Shown here in pieces: positions 10,125 to 22,062 of a stretch of 26,590 nt of DNA (positions are counted from its first letter, which is position 1; every line of letters starts with the position of its first letter). The notes beneath the pieces were generated by a model. That model made no database searches. It saw nothing but the letters and a program-made list of their open reading frames with translations, and was not told the DNA's origin. This stretch comes from Paraspadella gotoi (Eukaryota; Animalia; Chaetognatha): contig JBJCIZ010000602.1 in the NCBI GenBank assembly GCA_051294375.1, positions 1 through 26,590 of the forward strand, read 5' to 3'. The position numbers and the translations under genes are program-made.

Positions 10125-10400
10125 TCAGTACCCTTCAACACTACAGAAGGCTTCATATTTTAAAATGAGTACCCTTTTTTGTGACTTGAACACGTTCCGA
10201 GAAAACTACTGGACCAAATTTATTGAAATTTTGAATGAACGATTCCTATGTGAATACAAATAGAACTATCAAGGCGAATTTCAATATTTGACCCCTGAGC
10301 CGAGATATGGGCCCCCTGGGGGGTCACCCATTGGGGCAAAAAAATGGTCAAAATGGTCAAATTTTTCAATTATTTTTGTTTTGAACAGTTGCACAGACGT
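10125..10400. mobile_element. Probable HINE/Helentron-like repeat fragment in SPRING1 intron 3 (mirror ~12270-12540)
   Basis: Hairpin CCTTC-AACACTACA-GAAGG followed by GAAAACTACTGGACCAAATTTATTGAAATTTTG and CCGAGATATGGGCCCC, sequence typical of such invertebrate repeats. Boundaries are approximate. Confidence 0.4.
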
Positions 10401-12566
10401 TTACTCTTTCACAAAAATGTATTTATTACCTCAAAAATTTTATTTTACCTTAATTTCATCTTCATGAACATCAGCTGTTTAAGTCAGATCTGGAATAATT
10501 TTGGGAAAATTAGAAACGAATAAACCATGCATTGTCAGAATATTAAGGTGCTATTGTACAAAAACTCGGTCCTGTTATTTTACAAATAACCTTCGCCGAA
10601 TTGTAAACAAACGCTCTTTGGTTTTCGATCGCTTGAATAATCAGTCGCGTTTTTTGGATCGGTAACAAATTGTACTCCGTTTTATTCTCTTTTCGTTTTA
10701 CCTTATTTAATATAACTGTTGTGAATATTATCCTCATTAATATATTAGGCTAAACAGAATCGTCAGTTATTACAGGAGCTAGTAATAAAGGCGACAGCAT
10801 GTTCAAAAATGCTTAATTGCTTAATTATTAAAAAAATTATCAATTTTAGTTTTAAAATTTGTTTTTTACATGTTTACAACGAGTAGGGGCAGATGAGGAG
10901 TGTGAAAGAAACAAAAAAGTGCCATCTCTGAAACCTATAAAATTCATTAAAGTATACCCATTGAGGACACTTAATGTGGATAGGTCAGTAAAATTGATAA
11001 AGGCAGTTTTTTTTAAATGCTCCATTAAAGTTTTTTAAATTTTTTTTATAAAATTTTTAAGAGTTAGTTTAGTGAATATGCTTACAATTTAATGTCTATA
11101 TGTCTATCATTATCTACAAAGCATAAGCTTTAGATTTGAAACCACTCCCAACTTTCTATTACTTTTCGCTATTGAAATATAAGTAAAATTAAATATTTTT
11201 TTTTTAAAAGATTAATCAATTAGTACCATTCAACAGTTTATTTCTTAAAAATAAAAATACAAATATTTTTTAAAATACAAGTCTACTTATTAGGCTTCAA
11301 AAATAAGTTTTTTTAATTTATAATAATTTTTTAATTTAAAATTTTAAAATTTAAAAAAACTATTTTGAAGAATATATAATACTGTAATTTATTATAAAAG
11401 CTTGTGTAATATTTTTATTTTTAAGAAATAAACTGTTGAATGGTATAATTGATTAATCTTTTAAAAAAAAAATATTTAATTTTTACTTATATTTCAATAG
11501 CGAAAAGTAATAGAAAGTTGGGAGAGGTCTCAAATTAAAGCTTATGCTTGTAGATAATGATAGACATATAGACATTTAAATTTGTAAGCATTTCACTAAA
11601 CTACTTTTTATAAAAATTTTATAAAAAAATTTAAAAACTTTATGAGCATTTAAAAAAAAACCTGCCTTTATCGAATTTTACTGACCTACCACTTAAGTGT
11701 CTCATGGGTATACTTTAAGAATTTTATAGGTTTCAGAGATGGCACTTTTTTTTGTTTTTCTTTCACATCCTATCTGCGCCTACCGTGTGTTAAACATTGT
11801 AAAAAACAAATTTTTTAAAACTAAAATGATAATTTTTTTAATAATTAAGCAATAAGCATTGTTTGAACATGCTGTCGCCTTTATTACTAGCTCCTGTAAT
11901 AACTGACGATTCTGTTTAGCCTAATATATTAATGGAGGATTAATATTCACAACAGTTATATTAAATAAGGTAAAAGAAAAGAAATAAAACGGGAGTACAA
12001 TTTGTTACCCGACAAAAACGCGACTGATTATTTCAAGCGATCGAAAACCAAGAGCGTTTGTTTTACAATTCGGCGAAGGTTATTTGTAAAATAAGGACCG
12101 AGTTTTTGTACATAGCCACCTTAATATTCTGACATGCATGGTTTATTCGTTTCTAATTTTCCCAAATTATTCCAGAATCGACTTAAACAGCTGTGTTCAT
12201 GAAAGATGAAATTAAGGTAAAATAAAATTTTTGAGGTAATAAATACATTTTTGTGAAGAGTAAACGTCTGTGCAACTGTTCAAAACAAAAATAATTGAAA
12301 AATTTGACCATTTTGACCATTTTTTGCCCCAATGGGTGACCCCCCAGGGGGCCCATATCTCGGCTCAGGGGTCAAATATTGAAATTCGCCTTGATAGTTT
12401 TATTGGTATTCACATAGGAATCGTTCATTCAAAATTTCAATAAATTTGGTCCAGTAGTTTTCTCGGAACGTGTTCTAGTCACAAAAAAGGGGTACCTCAT
12501 TTTAAAATATGAAGCCTTCTGTAGTGTTGAAGGGTACTGAAGTGTAGCGGCGAGGCTAAGGCTCAC

Positions 12567-13094
12567 CTGAAGATCCATCCTGTCACAAACGAAACCTCTC
12601 TCGTCAGCGATGAGCGTCTTTCCTTGGACAGAGTTTCGACAAGTTTTCAAAACGGATCCATTGTTGGAATTGAAGAAGCGAAGCCAGTTCGGGTTTCGTT
12701 CAGACTAAAATTGAAACCGGTTTTTATATATATATTATTTTTTCGGAAGGCAGTAGAATCTTTTATATCATGTATATTGTATAAATAACATTTTTTTAAA
12801 TTCATTATCACCTATCAGAAAAACCAACACAAACTGACAAACCGCGTTTTTTAAAACTTCTGAGTCGGACGAGTGACTGAAGATTCCGGATTCGACGTTT
12901 GGCAAACTTCCTTTGACGTTTATCAATGACATGCTGTTAAAAGAATAGGTTCAAGTATAAAAAGAAAGCTGAGAGTGTCTACGGCTCTTTTTTAGAACTC
13001 ACCTGATCAAAAAGTAGATGAAGGACAGAGCGAAAATGAGACCCAAAACCCAACGTTTTCTGAAACAGCGTAGAAACCGAGAAACGCCGGCCAT
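12567..13094 (-). CDS. SPRING1: SPRING1 second copy, exons 13094-13003, 12933-12843, 12704-12567 (107 codons in frame), 3' exons absent
   Basis: Reverse complement of the left copy. 92+91+138 nt splice in frame to ...SERNPNWLRFFNSNNGSVLKTCRNSVQGKTLIADERGFVCDRMDLQ|GTGAG. Confidence 0.88.
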
Positions 13095-14599
13095 TGTTTA
13101 TTTTTCAAAAATTTATTTTTGGGGAGGTTCAGGATTTTTCTTATTCATATCGTTTCCTTTCTTTTCGTTGCTATTAATATTAAAGTTACAAAGTTGTAGA
13201 GATTTTTATTTTCATTAAACAATGAGTTTACAATTAGTATCGAACATGTTTCGGTTTAATTTTAAACCTTTTTCAGCGCGTTTAACACTTGTGAAGTTAG
13301 GAAAAAATCTCTCTTCTAAAAATTTTTCACAACAATTTTTCACAACTTCACATTTGTCAAATTAAACAGAAACAAGTCCGATACTAATTATAAACACATT
13401 GTTTAATGAAAATAAAAATCTCTACAACTTGGTAACTCTAAAATATTTCTTAAAATTCTACCGGAGAGGGTAAAAACAAAAACAATCTTTAATTTATGGA
13501 ATATTGATTCTATATCGGTCCGCCTCGCCACAAAATGCCCTTTTGTTTGCGGTAGTCGATAGATAGCGCGTTTATCAGAGTAAGAAAAACACGTGACCGG
13601 CATTGACCAATGAAGCCCGGCAAACCCTCCGCCGGTTCTCTCTCCCTCGTCCGGGAATTGGATGTCCTCAATCGTCTCCAGAAGATCCCAGAGGGGTGCC
13701 CCAAGTGGAAACGGAAGGCGGTCATTTGCGCGCCAGACCAAACTCCAGTGTGAAGGATGACGCCGATATCCACGACGCGATCGTCGATCCCGGAAGTGTC
13801 GAGACCTCCGAGAAGAGATTCCTGATAGAAGCCAAACGCCACATCGAAGGCCGACGGAAGGCGGAGCGGGGGGCAGAAGAGAAAATCGTGCGGCGGCGCA
13901 AATTCCGAACGGAGAGCAAGCGTCGTCGTCTGAACCGGGCAGCGATCTGAGAGCGGCAAAGCATCAAGACGCGTGGGCGGATCAAAATGCCCGATCCTCT
14001 CAGACTAAGGACGTCAATGGAACCAAACGAAAGTGGTCTGCCGCTGAGGAAAGATGGCCCGCGTCGCAGCGAAGAGAAACGATCTCTGAAGGGCGACGTG
14101 CCGATGCTATAGCGACAAAGAAGCGTGAGCATCGGAGGAAATGGCTCGGCGCGACCGGAAGTGGCGCCGTGTCGAAGCGCAAAACAGAGGCAGCAAACCA
14201 AGGAGAAAAAAACCGACGTGAGGGAGGGTATCTCTCAAAGACCGGTGGAGGTGGTCGAGATAAAAATGGCGAAATCAGAAAAGCGAATGGAATCGAATTA
14301 GCTAATTGTACAAAGTGGCATTCATTTTTATACGGCGAGAGAGAGAAAATTTGGTTTACATTTGTTAAGTAAATAATTCTAAAAATACTTCCAAATAAGG
14401 TAACGTTTTGCGACGGGCGTTTGAACAGAGGGAGCAAAACAATTTCTTAGCGGGCATTGGAATTTTTAAGAAAAAGGGTCATTCAAATCAACTTGAAAAT
14501 AAGCAAAAATGGCAGATTCAAAAAGCTGAGCTCCTGGCGATTCAAAAATGTATTCACTTTAAACATTTGATGCATTCTGAGTTTAAATAGAAAAAACAA

Positions 14600-15869
14600 A
14601 AATCTTAAAAGCATAAGGATCGTCGCAATTGCATAAGAAAAATCTGGATTGACGACAAATTTTGATACTAAAAAAAATCTAATTTGAAAAAAAAAAATTA
14701 CTTTATAAACAGAAAGAAAAAGAAGAAAAGAATAAATAAAGAATAGAAAGGAAAGAAAGAAAAGAAAGAATAGAAAAAAAAGAATAGAAAAGAAAGAAAG
14801 AATAGAAAGGAAAGAAAGAATAGAAAGGAAAGAAAGAATAGAAAGGAAAGAAAGAATAGAAAGGAAAGAAAGAATAGAAAGGAATGAAAGATTAAAAAGG
14901 AAATAAAGAATAGAAAGGAAAAAAAAAAGAAAATTAATTTATAAACAGAAAGAAAAATTCTGTTTTGCGATTGTCAATTTACAGTTACAGTTTCTAAAAA
15001 AAAAATAAAAAAAAAAAAAAAACTTTTTCATTGTCAAAAGAATAAATATAAAACCGTAAAATAACTTATTTTCGAGTTTAATTTTTGCAAGTGCTAAGAC
15101 TGGAGTAACATTATTGAAGGTACTTTTGTTTTTCCTTTAAGTACGCATAAGCGAGCAGTTTGATGACGAGCAGAATGCGACCTCTCTAAACACTGTCAGC
15201 ATTCCCAGACAAAAGACAAAGTAAAACTTTAATCAGACTGACGAAGTGAAGTAAAGACTAAAGTGAAATAAAAACCCGATGTTACTATATCAAATTGATA
15301 ACATGCACGAATGCGATGCCTAATTTTACGAGTTCAATCCCAATTCAATTTTTTTTTTTTAATAAAAACACAGAGAGAGAGAGAGAGAGAAAAGAAAGAA
15401 ATCAAATGGCAGCAGCAGAAGCAGCAGGAGAAAAGAGAGAAAAAGAGAGAGCCCCTGCAGAGCCAGCTGCAGACTCAAAAGGCAGCAGCAAAAGCAGGAG
15501 AAAATAGAGAAAAAGAATAAGCCCCTGCAGACTCGTTTTTTTCCCCTATGATTATGAATCAGTGAATAGGGAAAAGAGAGAGGGAGAGAGACATGTAATT
15601 AAAAGAAAAAAGAGAGAGAGAGAAATATAAAAATAAAAGAGAAAATTTGTTTGTTTTGATAAAACGTAAACAAAACATATTTAATAACTGTCCAGACTCA
15701 ATTTTAAGCACATCGATGATGAGAAGCTGTATATAAATTTTCAGCTTCATAAACCCAAATTTAATCATAAAAAAGGCGATCTATAATTTGGAACGCCGAC
15801 GACGACGACGCCACTTATGCGCAAAGATGTTACAATATCGTCGCAAACGCTTAGCGATTGCGACGATAA
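14600..15869. mobile_element. Mirror copy of the HINE-like element at 6821-8085
   Basis: ATCGTCGCAA at 14619, and the hairpin ATCGTCGCAA...TTGCGACGAT ending at 15867. Confidence 0.6.
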
Positions 15870-17699
15870 AAAAATATATTTCTTTATTTGAACACCATTT
15901 GCTTATGAGTGGATGGGGCGATTGACCTGAAATTTTGTATGTGGGTAGAAAAGTATGTGATTAAGCTGGAAATCAAGTTTCGATGGAATCGTCTGAGTGG
16001 AAATGAGTTTAAATGGAAAAAACGAAAATAATTCTAAAAATACTTTCAAATAAGGTAACGTTTTGCGACCGGCGTTTGAACAATTTCTTAGCGGGCTTTG
16101 GAATTTTTAAAGAATTCGACCGGCGCTCCCTCCAGGGAGTGGAGACTGGAGAGTCGCTGAGATGGCTGATCCGTGAAGGATGATCGTGCTGTCGGCGAGA
16201 CCCTTCTCAGCGACGCACGCGAAAGGGATGGAGAGAAAACGCGTGATTTCCCTGGAAACGCCTCCTCAAAAAGTCGCGGTGAAGCACGTGAGCGGCGTCG
16301 GAGCGGTGAACTCCGGCGACGACCCATAGGCGGACTCAGATGGCAGCCTGGCGTGCAAACGCGTTACAGATGCCGAGAGAACGTCGTCGATCCCAGCGCG
16401 ACGAAGAGGCCAGGTCGCGGACCCAATGGGTCACCGGGACTCCCTGTCCGAACGTTCGTCTCTGTTTATCGATATTGAAAAAAATATTGTATGAGCGGAC
16501 TTCGGTCGTAGAAATAGTGAAAATCTTGAGAAATTTACGAAAAATCGTGAAAAATGTGTGAAAAAACGCAAAATCTAATCGGTGAGAACCGAACTCGATG
16601 AGCGCGAAAAAAAGAGGACATCCAATTCCCGGATGAGGGTGAGAGAGCCGGCAGAGGGTTTGCTGGGCTTCCATTGGTCAATTTGGGTCACGTGATGGCA
16701 TCCCTTATTTTTTCTCTTTTTTCATCTTACGATGTTAATTTGTTCGTTTTTCTTACTCTGATAAACGCGAGATCTATCGACTACCGCAAACAAAAGGGCA
16801 TTTCGTGGCGAGGCGGACCGATATGAGAATCAGGATTTGATCACAGATGAATAAGTTAATGAATAATGGAGACTGGAATTAAAGGCTTAATGTTCCGCGT
16901 ACAAACGTTGCATTTAGGAAAAAAACGACTCTTTCCAATATTGTTCAGTTGTTACTTACAATGTTGATTAACTTTGTACCACAACACAAATTTGGCCTAA
17001 CGAAGGATTGGTTAGAAACATCTCCATCCGTTTCTAATGATAAAAGAGTACCATTTTGGCAACTTTTAGAAAAAAAAATTATGTCAATATTTGTCCATTT
17101 TTACTTACGACTTCTGATTTGAATGCCAAGAAAATCCGTTCTTTCTTATCTTTTTTACCCCTGGGTAAATTTATTTGCTTAAATCATTTATAGTTTGCCT
17201 ATGAATTAATTTTAAAGTTAACAAGTCAAAAAATTGCAGTTTCAGTCTTTATCATAATTTGTTAAACAAAAATAAATCAAACTGGTTGAAATTAACAGAA
17301 AATATAGCCTATTGAATAAGCTTTTAACATCTACAAAATTATCAAAAAAAATTTTTTTGTTTAACCACAAATAATTTTTAAAGACAACTTTTAATTTGTG
17401 ACTTTTTGTGACTTGCATTTATTTTTGATAAAGAGAAAATTTTAAACACATTTATTAATTTTAAAAGATGAGCTACTTACTGACGTTGATAAAACAAAAA
17501 AAACCGCATCATTTTATTCTAATGGAAAGCGCCAGGACTTATTTTTTCTCAGAATCGACAGATTTTGCAGAAAAAATTTCTGCAAAATCTGTCGATTTAC
17601 TAAATTTGCTAGGCAACCATAATTGAAATAAAAACCTCCATTACTATTAATTTCCTTTCTTATATTGCATATTAAAGCTTTTCTTTGATTTGGCTCAAA

Positions 17700-18060
17700 G
17701 TAAACGTAGTGAGAGGGAAGACGAAATGGAAAACAAGAAAAAGAGAAGGGGAGAGAATAAAAGAGAGGGCGAAAGGCAAAAAAAAGAAGGAAAATGGGGG
17801 GAAAAAATAGTAAAACAATTGTAAAGTGAGATAAGAGGGATAAATGGAAAGAAAAAGAGGGGAAAAGAAAGGGAAAGAATGAAGAATAGAAAAAAGGTGA
17901 GAAAAGTGCATGAGTGGCAAAAAAAGGAAGGGGCCGAAAAAATGGTAAGTGACAGCGTGAGAAGTAAGGGAGGAAAGAGGAAGAGGAAAATATAAAGTAA
18001 GAGAAGAAAAGAGGTGAAGAAAAATAATCAGGAAAAGCGTATAAAGGGAAAAAAAATGTA
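17700..18060. repeat. Purine-rich (A/G) low-complexity tract
   Basis: Almost entirely A/G on the plus strand. It produces the Phe-rich spurious minus-strand ORFs. Confidence 0.8.
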
Positions 18061-18492
18061 TCAGATAATGTGGCATCTTGCCTAAAATCTTTTGTGTAAG
18101 TAAAAGACATGAAGATTCTTATAAGGAATTCGATCTTTAAAAATGATCTGTACCATAAAAATTCAAACATACTTATTTCTAAAATTAGGAAGTTAATGAG
18201 ATTAGATTGACAATCATTGAAGAAATCATGTCTTACCGTATTTTTAACTCATAGAAATTTACATGGGAAGTTCTAAGTGATAAGAAAGAGATAACTTGAG
18301 TCTACCGTTTTTTTAAATGAAGAAAGCTTCGTACTAACCAATGAGATCAAGAAATATGGTAATTATTGAAGTTCAGATTTCGTTGTCTAAACGACTGATT
18401 GTACGCGGAACCTTAAAAACCGTCAAAAACAAGATAGTTTAAAACTAGTCTTCCCTACGGAAAAGACGCCAAAGAGAATCAGAAGATTGGAA

Positions 18493-19073
18493 TCAAAAGG
18501 CTTTCCCCCTTCCCTCGACGGCCTTTTTGCGCTCGTCCCAGATGGTCTTTCCGTCGCAAGCGCAGATCTTCTTGGGATTGTCGAAGAGGCCAGCGGATCT
18601 GGCGATGATGCCGCAAGCGATGCCGCGTCCGGCGCCGCCGTCCCGCTTGGAGACGGGGTCGCCACCGCGACCCAGATCGTCGGCGGACTCTTTAATCACG
18701 AGAGAGCGGCCGACGACGTCCCAGACCTTGAGGACGTTGTCCACGATTCTGAAGGAGGCGCGACCGTCGTCGTCAGCCGTGACATTACCGAGGTCGCCAA
18801 CGTGACGGTCGGGGTCGGTCGGAGCGCCGTGGGAGGTGCCTAGAGTTTAAAAGAAAAATGATGGTAAGTAAAGAAAAAGTTATTTATTTCTGCGCCATCT
18901 AACCAACTCATCTCATTTACCTGTGGGATTAAAATGCGCGCCAGTGGAACCACAGCCATCGGACAAGTCGCCACACTCATGAACGTGAAGTCCGTGCGGC
19001 CCGGGCGTTAGCCCGTCAATGGTGCCTTCGATCACGCACGTACCATCATCGATTTGAATGAAACGCGCAACGC
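18493..19073 (-). CDS. CCS: Copper chaperone for superoxide dismutase, last two coding exons (19073-18921 and 18839-18493); 5' exons not found in the window
   Basis: Spliced translation: [52 protein letters not shown]|[59 protein letters not shown]...[30 protein letters not shown]. This is a SOD-like domain II plus the CCS domain III CXC motif. The GT-AG intron is phase 1. Confidence 0.95.
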
Positions 19074-19787
19074 CTGATATACAAAGAACAAAATTCTAAA
19101 ATCTTATGGTGACAATTTTACAAGCGCCGGTAGAAATACGCTGTCATTTGAAAACCAGTGGTTATTTTATTGATTTTAAAAATTAGTTGAGTAGAAAATA
19201 CTAAAACTATTTATATGTTAAAATTTTATATTGATCAGTTAAGATATGGCTTGACAATGAGTGGAGAAAGTTGGCTTGTAAAATCGGGTTTCATTTTCCA
19301 ACTCACTGTTTAAAAAAGTGCTAAAAGTTAAGAAAAAAAAGAATTTAAAAACAAAGTGTTTATTAAAATATTAACAATATTAATATCCTCAGAAAGCCCT
19401 TAAAAATATGAAGAAAAGTGAGCTGCCCAGCCTTGGTTCAATTAAGAGTGTCAAAAGTGAATTATTTAAAATTTTAAATCTTTTTTCAAAATATATGACC
19501 TGTTTAAATTATTATAACATAAAATATTATTATTATTATTTATATAAGTATCATGAAAGCCTGAGAAAAAAGGATTTAAGATAGCCAATCATAATTTGAT
19601 AAATATCATAAATTTACTCTCCAGCTATTGATTTTAAAAAAGATGTCTCGTTTTTGAGTATCCTAATTAAATTAAAGCTGGGCCAGTTAAATTTTATACT
19701 ACAATATTTTTAAGTAATTAATACATCTTGCAATTACATTTAAAATAAAAAGAAAAAGAAGCATAATCAATTAGTGAAATAGGTTCT

Positions 19788-20275
19788 TTGTTTTTTTCAT
19801 TTAAACTCATTTCCACTCAAACGATTCCATCGAAATTTGATTTCCAGTTTAATCACACCCTTTTCTACCCAAATAAAAGTCAATCGCCCTATCCACTCAT
19901 GAGTAATTGGTGTTCAAATAGTAAAATTTATTTTTTTTATTTTTTCCATTTACACTCATTTCCACTCGGACGATTCCATCGAAACTTCATATCCAGCTCA
20001 ATCACACACTTCCCTACCCACACACAAAATTTCATTCCAATCCATCCATCCAATCACGAGTAATTGGTGTTTTTTGCTAAGGTGGGACGGTTGGACGGAC
20101 GGACTGACGGACGGATAGACGGACGTACATCGGACATCGTTTTTTTGCATAATTTATCATAATTCGATGTTCTGACATGATATAAGCGAGTGCCCGACAA
20201 TATTGAGAAGACGGACCGACGGACTGACAAAGTGAATTATAGAGTCGGGATCTGCTGAAAGCTGATCCGACTAAT
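19788..20275. mobile_element. DINE-1/HINE-like element: two tandem ~150-bp cores, (GGAC)n microsatellite, terminal hairpin
   Basis: Cores at ~19790 and ~19941, GGAC repeats at 20085-20125, stem AGTCGG(G)ATC/GATCCGACT at 20243-20272. Confidence 0.7.
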
Positions 20276-20316
20276 AATTTTTAATAAGATGAACATTATA
20301 AATGTGTACCTACAAG

Positions 20317-20370
20317 AAAGAGAGAGAGAGAGAGAGATAATAAAAAGACACAAACAAAAAGAGAGAGAGG

Positions 20371-20402
<32 letters not shown>

Positions 20403-20437
20403 TTAATTTTTGATTGATTGATTGATTGATTGATTGG
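20317..20437. repeat. (GA)n and (GATT)n microsatellites
   Basis: Directly visible. Confidence 0.9.
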
Positions 20438-21429
20438 TTATGCTGAAAGCTCTTAAATTAGTACAGGATTTTTCCTAATTGGATTATGAGACTATTTATT
20501 CTTTGGCTTTGATTTTCCTTTTTTTTTCTTAGATTTAATTATGTTCATTACTTGTATTTCTGCCAAAGATTCTTTCTATCATTCAATCTCTTTCTCTCTC
20601 TCCTTTTCTTTTAATTAATTTCAACCTTTACACAGTGACATCCAAATGTGTGACCTTTTGAGTCTCTTTCTTGTTTTTCTTTTTTTTTTTAAAGCTTTAC
20701 TAATAATTAACTTTTTATGGATTGTTGGATACTCATTAATGAATTATTTTTTTTATATTCATAAGTTTAAATTCATCTATTTGTTACCCTAAAAGTTTTC
20801 AAATATATTTTTTATTCCATTAAAGATCATGCGTTAGATTTCTTAAAAGTTTTCCAAATGCTCCGTTATAAAAAGCTAAAAATGCAATAATCTCATTAGC
20901 ATATTGCAGTAAAAAAAAATCTTTAAAAAAAATATACATAATATATAATTTTTCTTTCAGGTTTAAAACGCTTATAACTATATGTGGTTATTATGATTCA
21001 AAATGTTATTAGGAAAAACTTTTTTTTTTTACATAAAAAAAAGAATTTGAAAAAAAAAGTACCTTGTCAAAGTGAAAAAAAGATAGATGTGAAAACAGAA
21101 TCACAGCCAGAGATTCAGAAATTGACAAAAATTGATCAAAATGACTTTTTACGCAATGACATAGTTCCAATAATATTTATGGGTAATGGATTTTTAAATT
21201 ATTCACTGTATTTCACTGTATTTTACTGTATCTCGAATTTAGCATAGATTTTTTAGGATAACTTCTGTAAAGACTCGGGGAATAAAAAAAATTATTCAGA
21301 TGGGCTGAAATCAATAATATTTTTTTTCGCCTCGGTGGAACTCTCAGCTTTTAGCTTGCATTGCGTTTTATGCATTCTACGCCATTTTATATTGGTTTTA
21401 ATTATAATATAAAATAAAAGAAACCTATC

Positions 21430-21685
21430 TGAAAAGTTGCAGGTCAAACAAAAAAGCCAATCTATCTGATATTTTTTATGAATTTTTTATTACTGAATGT
21501 AATAGAGACACATTTTTAAATTTCAACTTGTATCCTTGAAAATGAAACATTTTTAAACTTTAACCCTGAATTCTTCATAACTGGAACGTGTTTATCAAAA
21601 TGTGTCTCTATTACATTTTTACAAATGTTTTTAATTCAAATTTTTAAATCAATATTATTGCAGTCGTTTAGGCTGCAACTCTTCA
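21430..21685. mobile_element. Fold-back/MITE-like imperfect palindrome abutting the hAT left end
   Basis: TGTAATAGAGACACATTTT (21498-21516) pairs with AAAATGTGTCTCTATTACA (21597-21615). Outer pair TGAAAAGTTGCAG / CTGCAACTCTTCA. Confidence 0.65.
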
Positions 21686-22062
21686 AATTCAGTGTATATT
21701 AAGGCGTAGTGAAAGTTACATACGAAAATTATAAAAGTCAATTATGAACAACATACCATCAGTAGAAACATTTTTTCCCGCAACAAATGGTTATAGAAAC
21801 TTCGGAAAACCACCATTCGATTCGAAATAAAATTCTCTTTCGTTTGGTATATAATTTAATTAATTTCTAAAAATATTTCGCTTGACCCAGGCGAGTTGAA
21901 AGCAACTAGGTAACAACATCCAAATTGGAACTCTTTCTCAGTTACAATATTTATCATTTTTCGATATAATTTAGTTAATTATTAAATTTCTGTGACTGAT
22001 AGATAGTTATTCTTTGTTTAATTTATTAAGAATAATATTTTTTTACAGACAGTCCATTAATC

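Larger units (their letters stand above)
1..11259 (+). repeat. Left arm of giant inverted repeat (may extend beyond the window start)
   Basis: 1-893 is the reverse complement of ~16204-17098, ~1995-2157 of ~16060-16209, and 6638-11259 of 11410-16054. Example: base 1 ATGGACAAATATTGACAT pairs with ATGTCAATATTTGTCCAT ending at 17098. Confidence 0.95.
11410..17098 (-). repeat. Right arm of giant inverted repeat, lacking two segments present in the left arm (894-2000 and ~2158-6637)
   Basis: Direct reverse-complement matching by eye. The ORF track also shows mirrored ORFs (8095/14408, 8726/13510, 9465/13018, 10015/12429). Confidence 0.95.

Noticed and set aside
10099-10263. C-terminal part of the ORF-track protein 10015-10263 (and 12429-12650)
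   Set aside because: It is read-through past a strong CAG|GTGAG donor into intronic repeat sequence, and the two copies disagree in frame.
14750-14890. CRISPR-like array
   Set aside because: These are head-to-tail 18-bp units with no unique spacers, in a eukaryotic context with no cas genes.
1-17098. Giant TIR virus or Polinton, or a pure single-read fold-back artefact
   Set aside because: There is no polB, integrase or capsid, and the arms contain a host gene. A single folded read cannot explain the SNPs, the microhomology deletion and the TE presence/absence.
17514-18170. 218-aa and 134-aa Phe/Ser/Leu-rich minus-strand ORFs (similar cases at 3400-3705, 7016-7391, 15295-15768)
   Set aside because: These are translations of purine/pyrimidine low-complexity DNA with no domain signature.
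18400-18411. TGTACGCGGAAC shared with 195-206
   Set aside because: Only about 12 bp with no extended similarity, so possibly chance.
18487-18843. Plus-strand ORFs over 18487-18843 and 18527-18805
   Set aside because: They are antisense shadows of the GC-rich CCS exon.
18493-19073. Calling this gene Cu/Zn SOD (SOD1)
   Set aside because: It lacks the last Cu-ligand His and has the CCS-specific ARSAG...CxCDG..IW tail.
19350-19730. Weak inverted repeat (GCCCAGC.TT...AATTA / TAATT...AAGCTGGGC) suggesting another MITE
   Set aside because: It is too degenerate in AT-rich DNA to define ends by eye.
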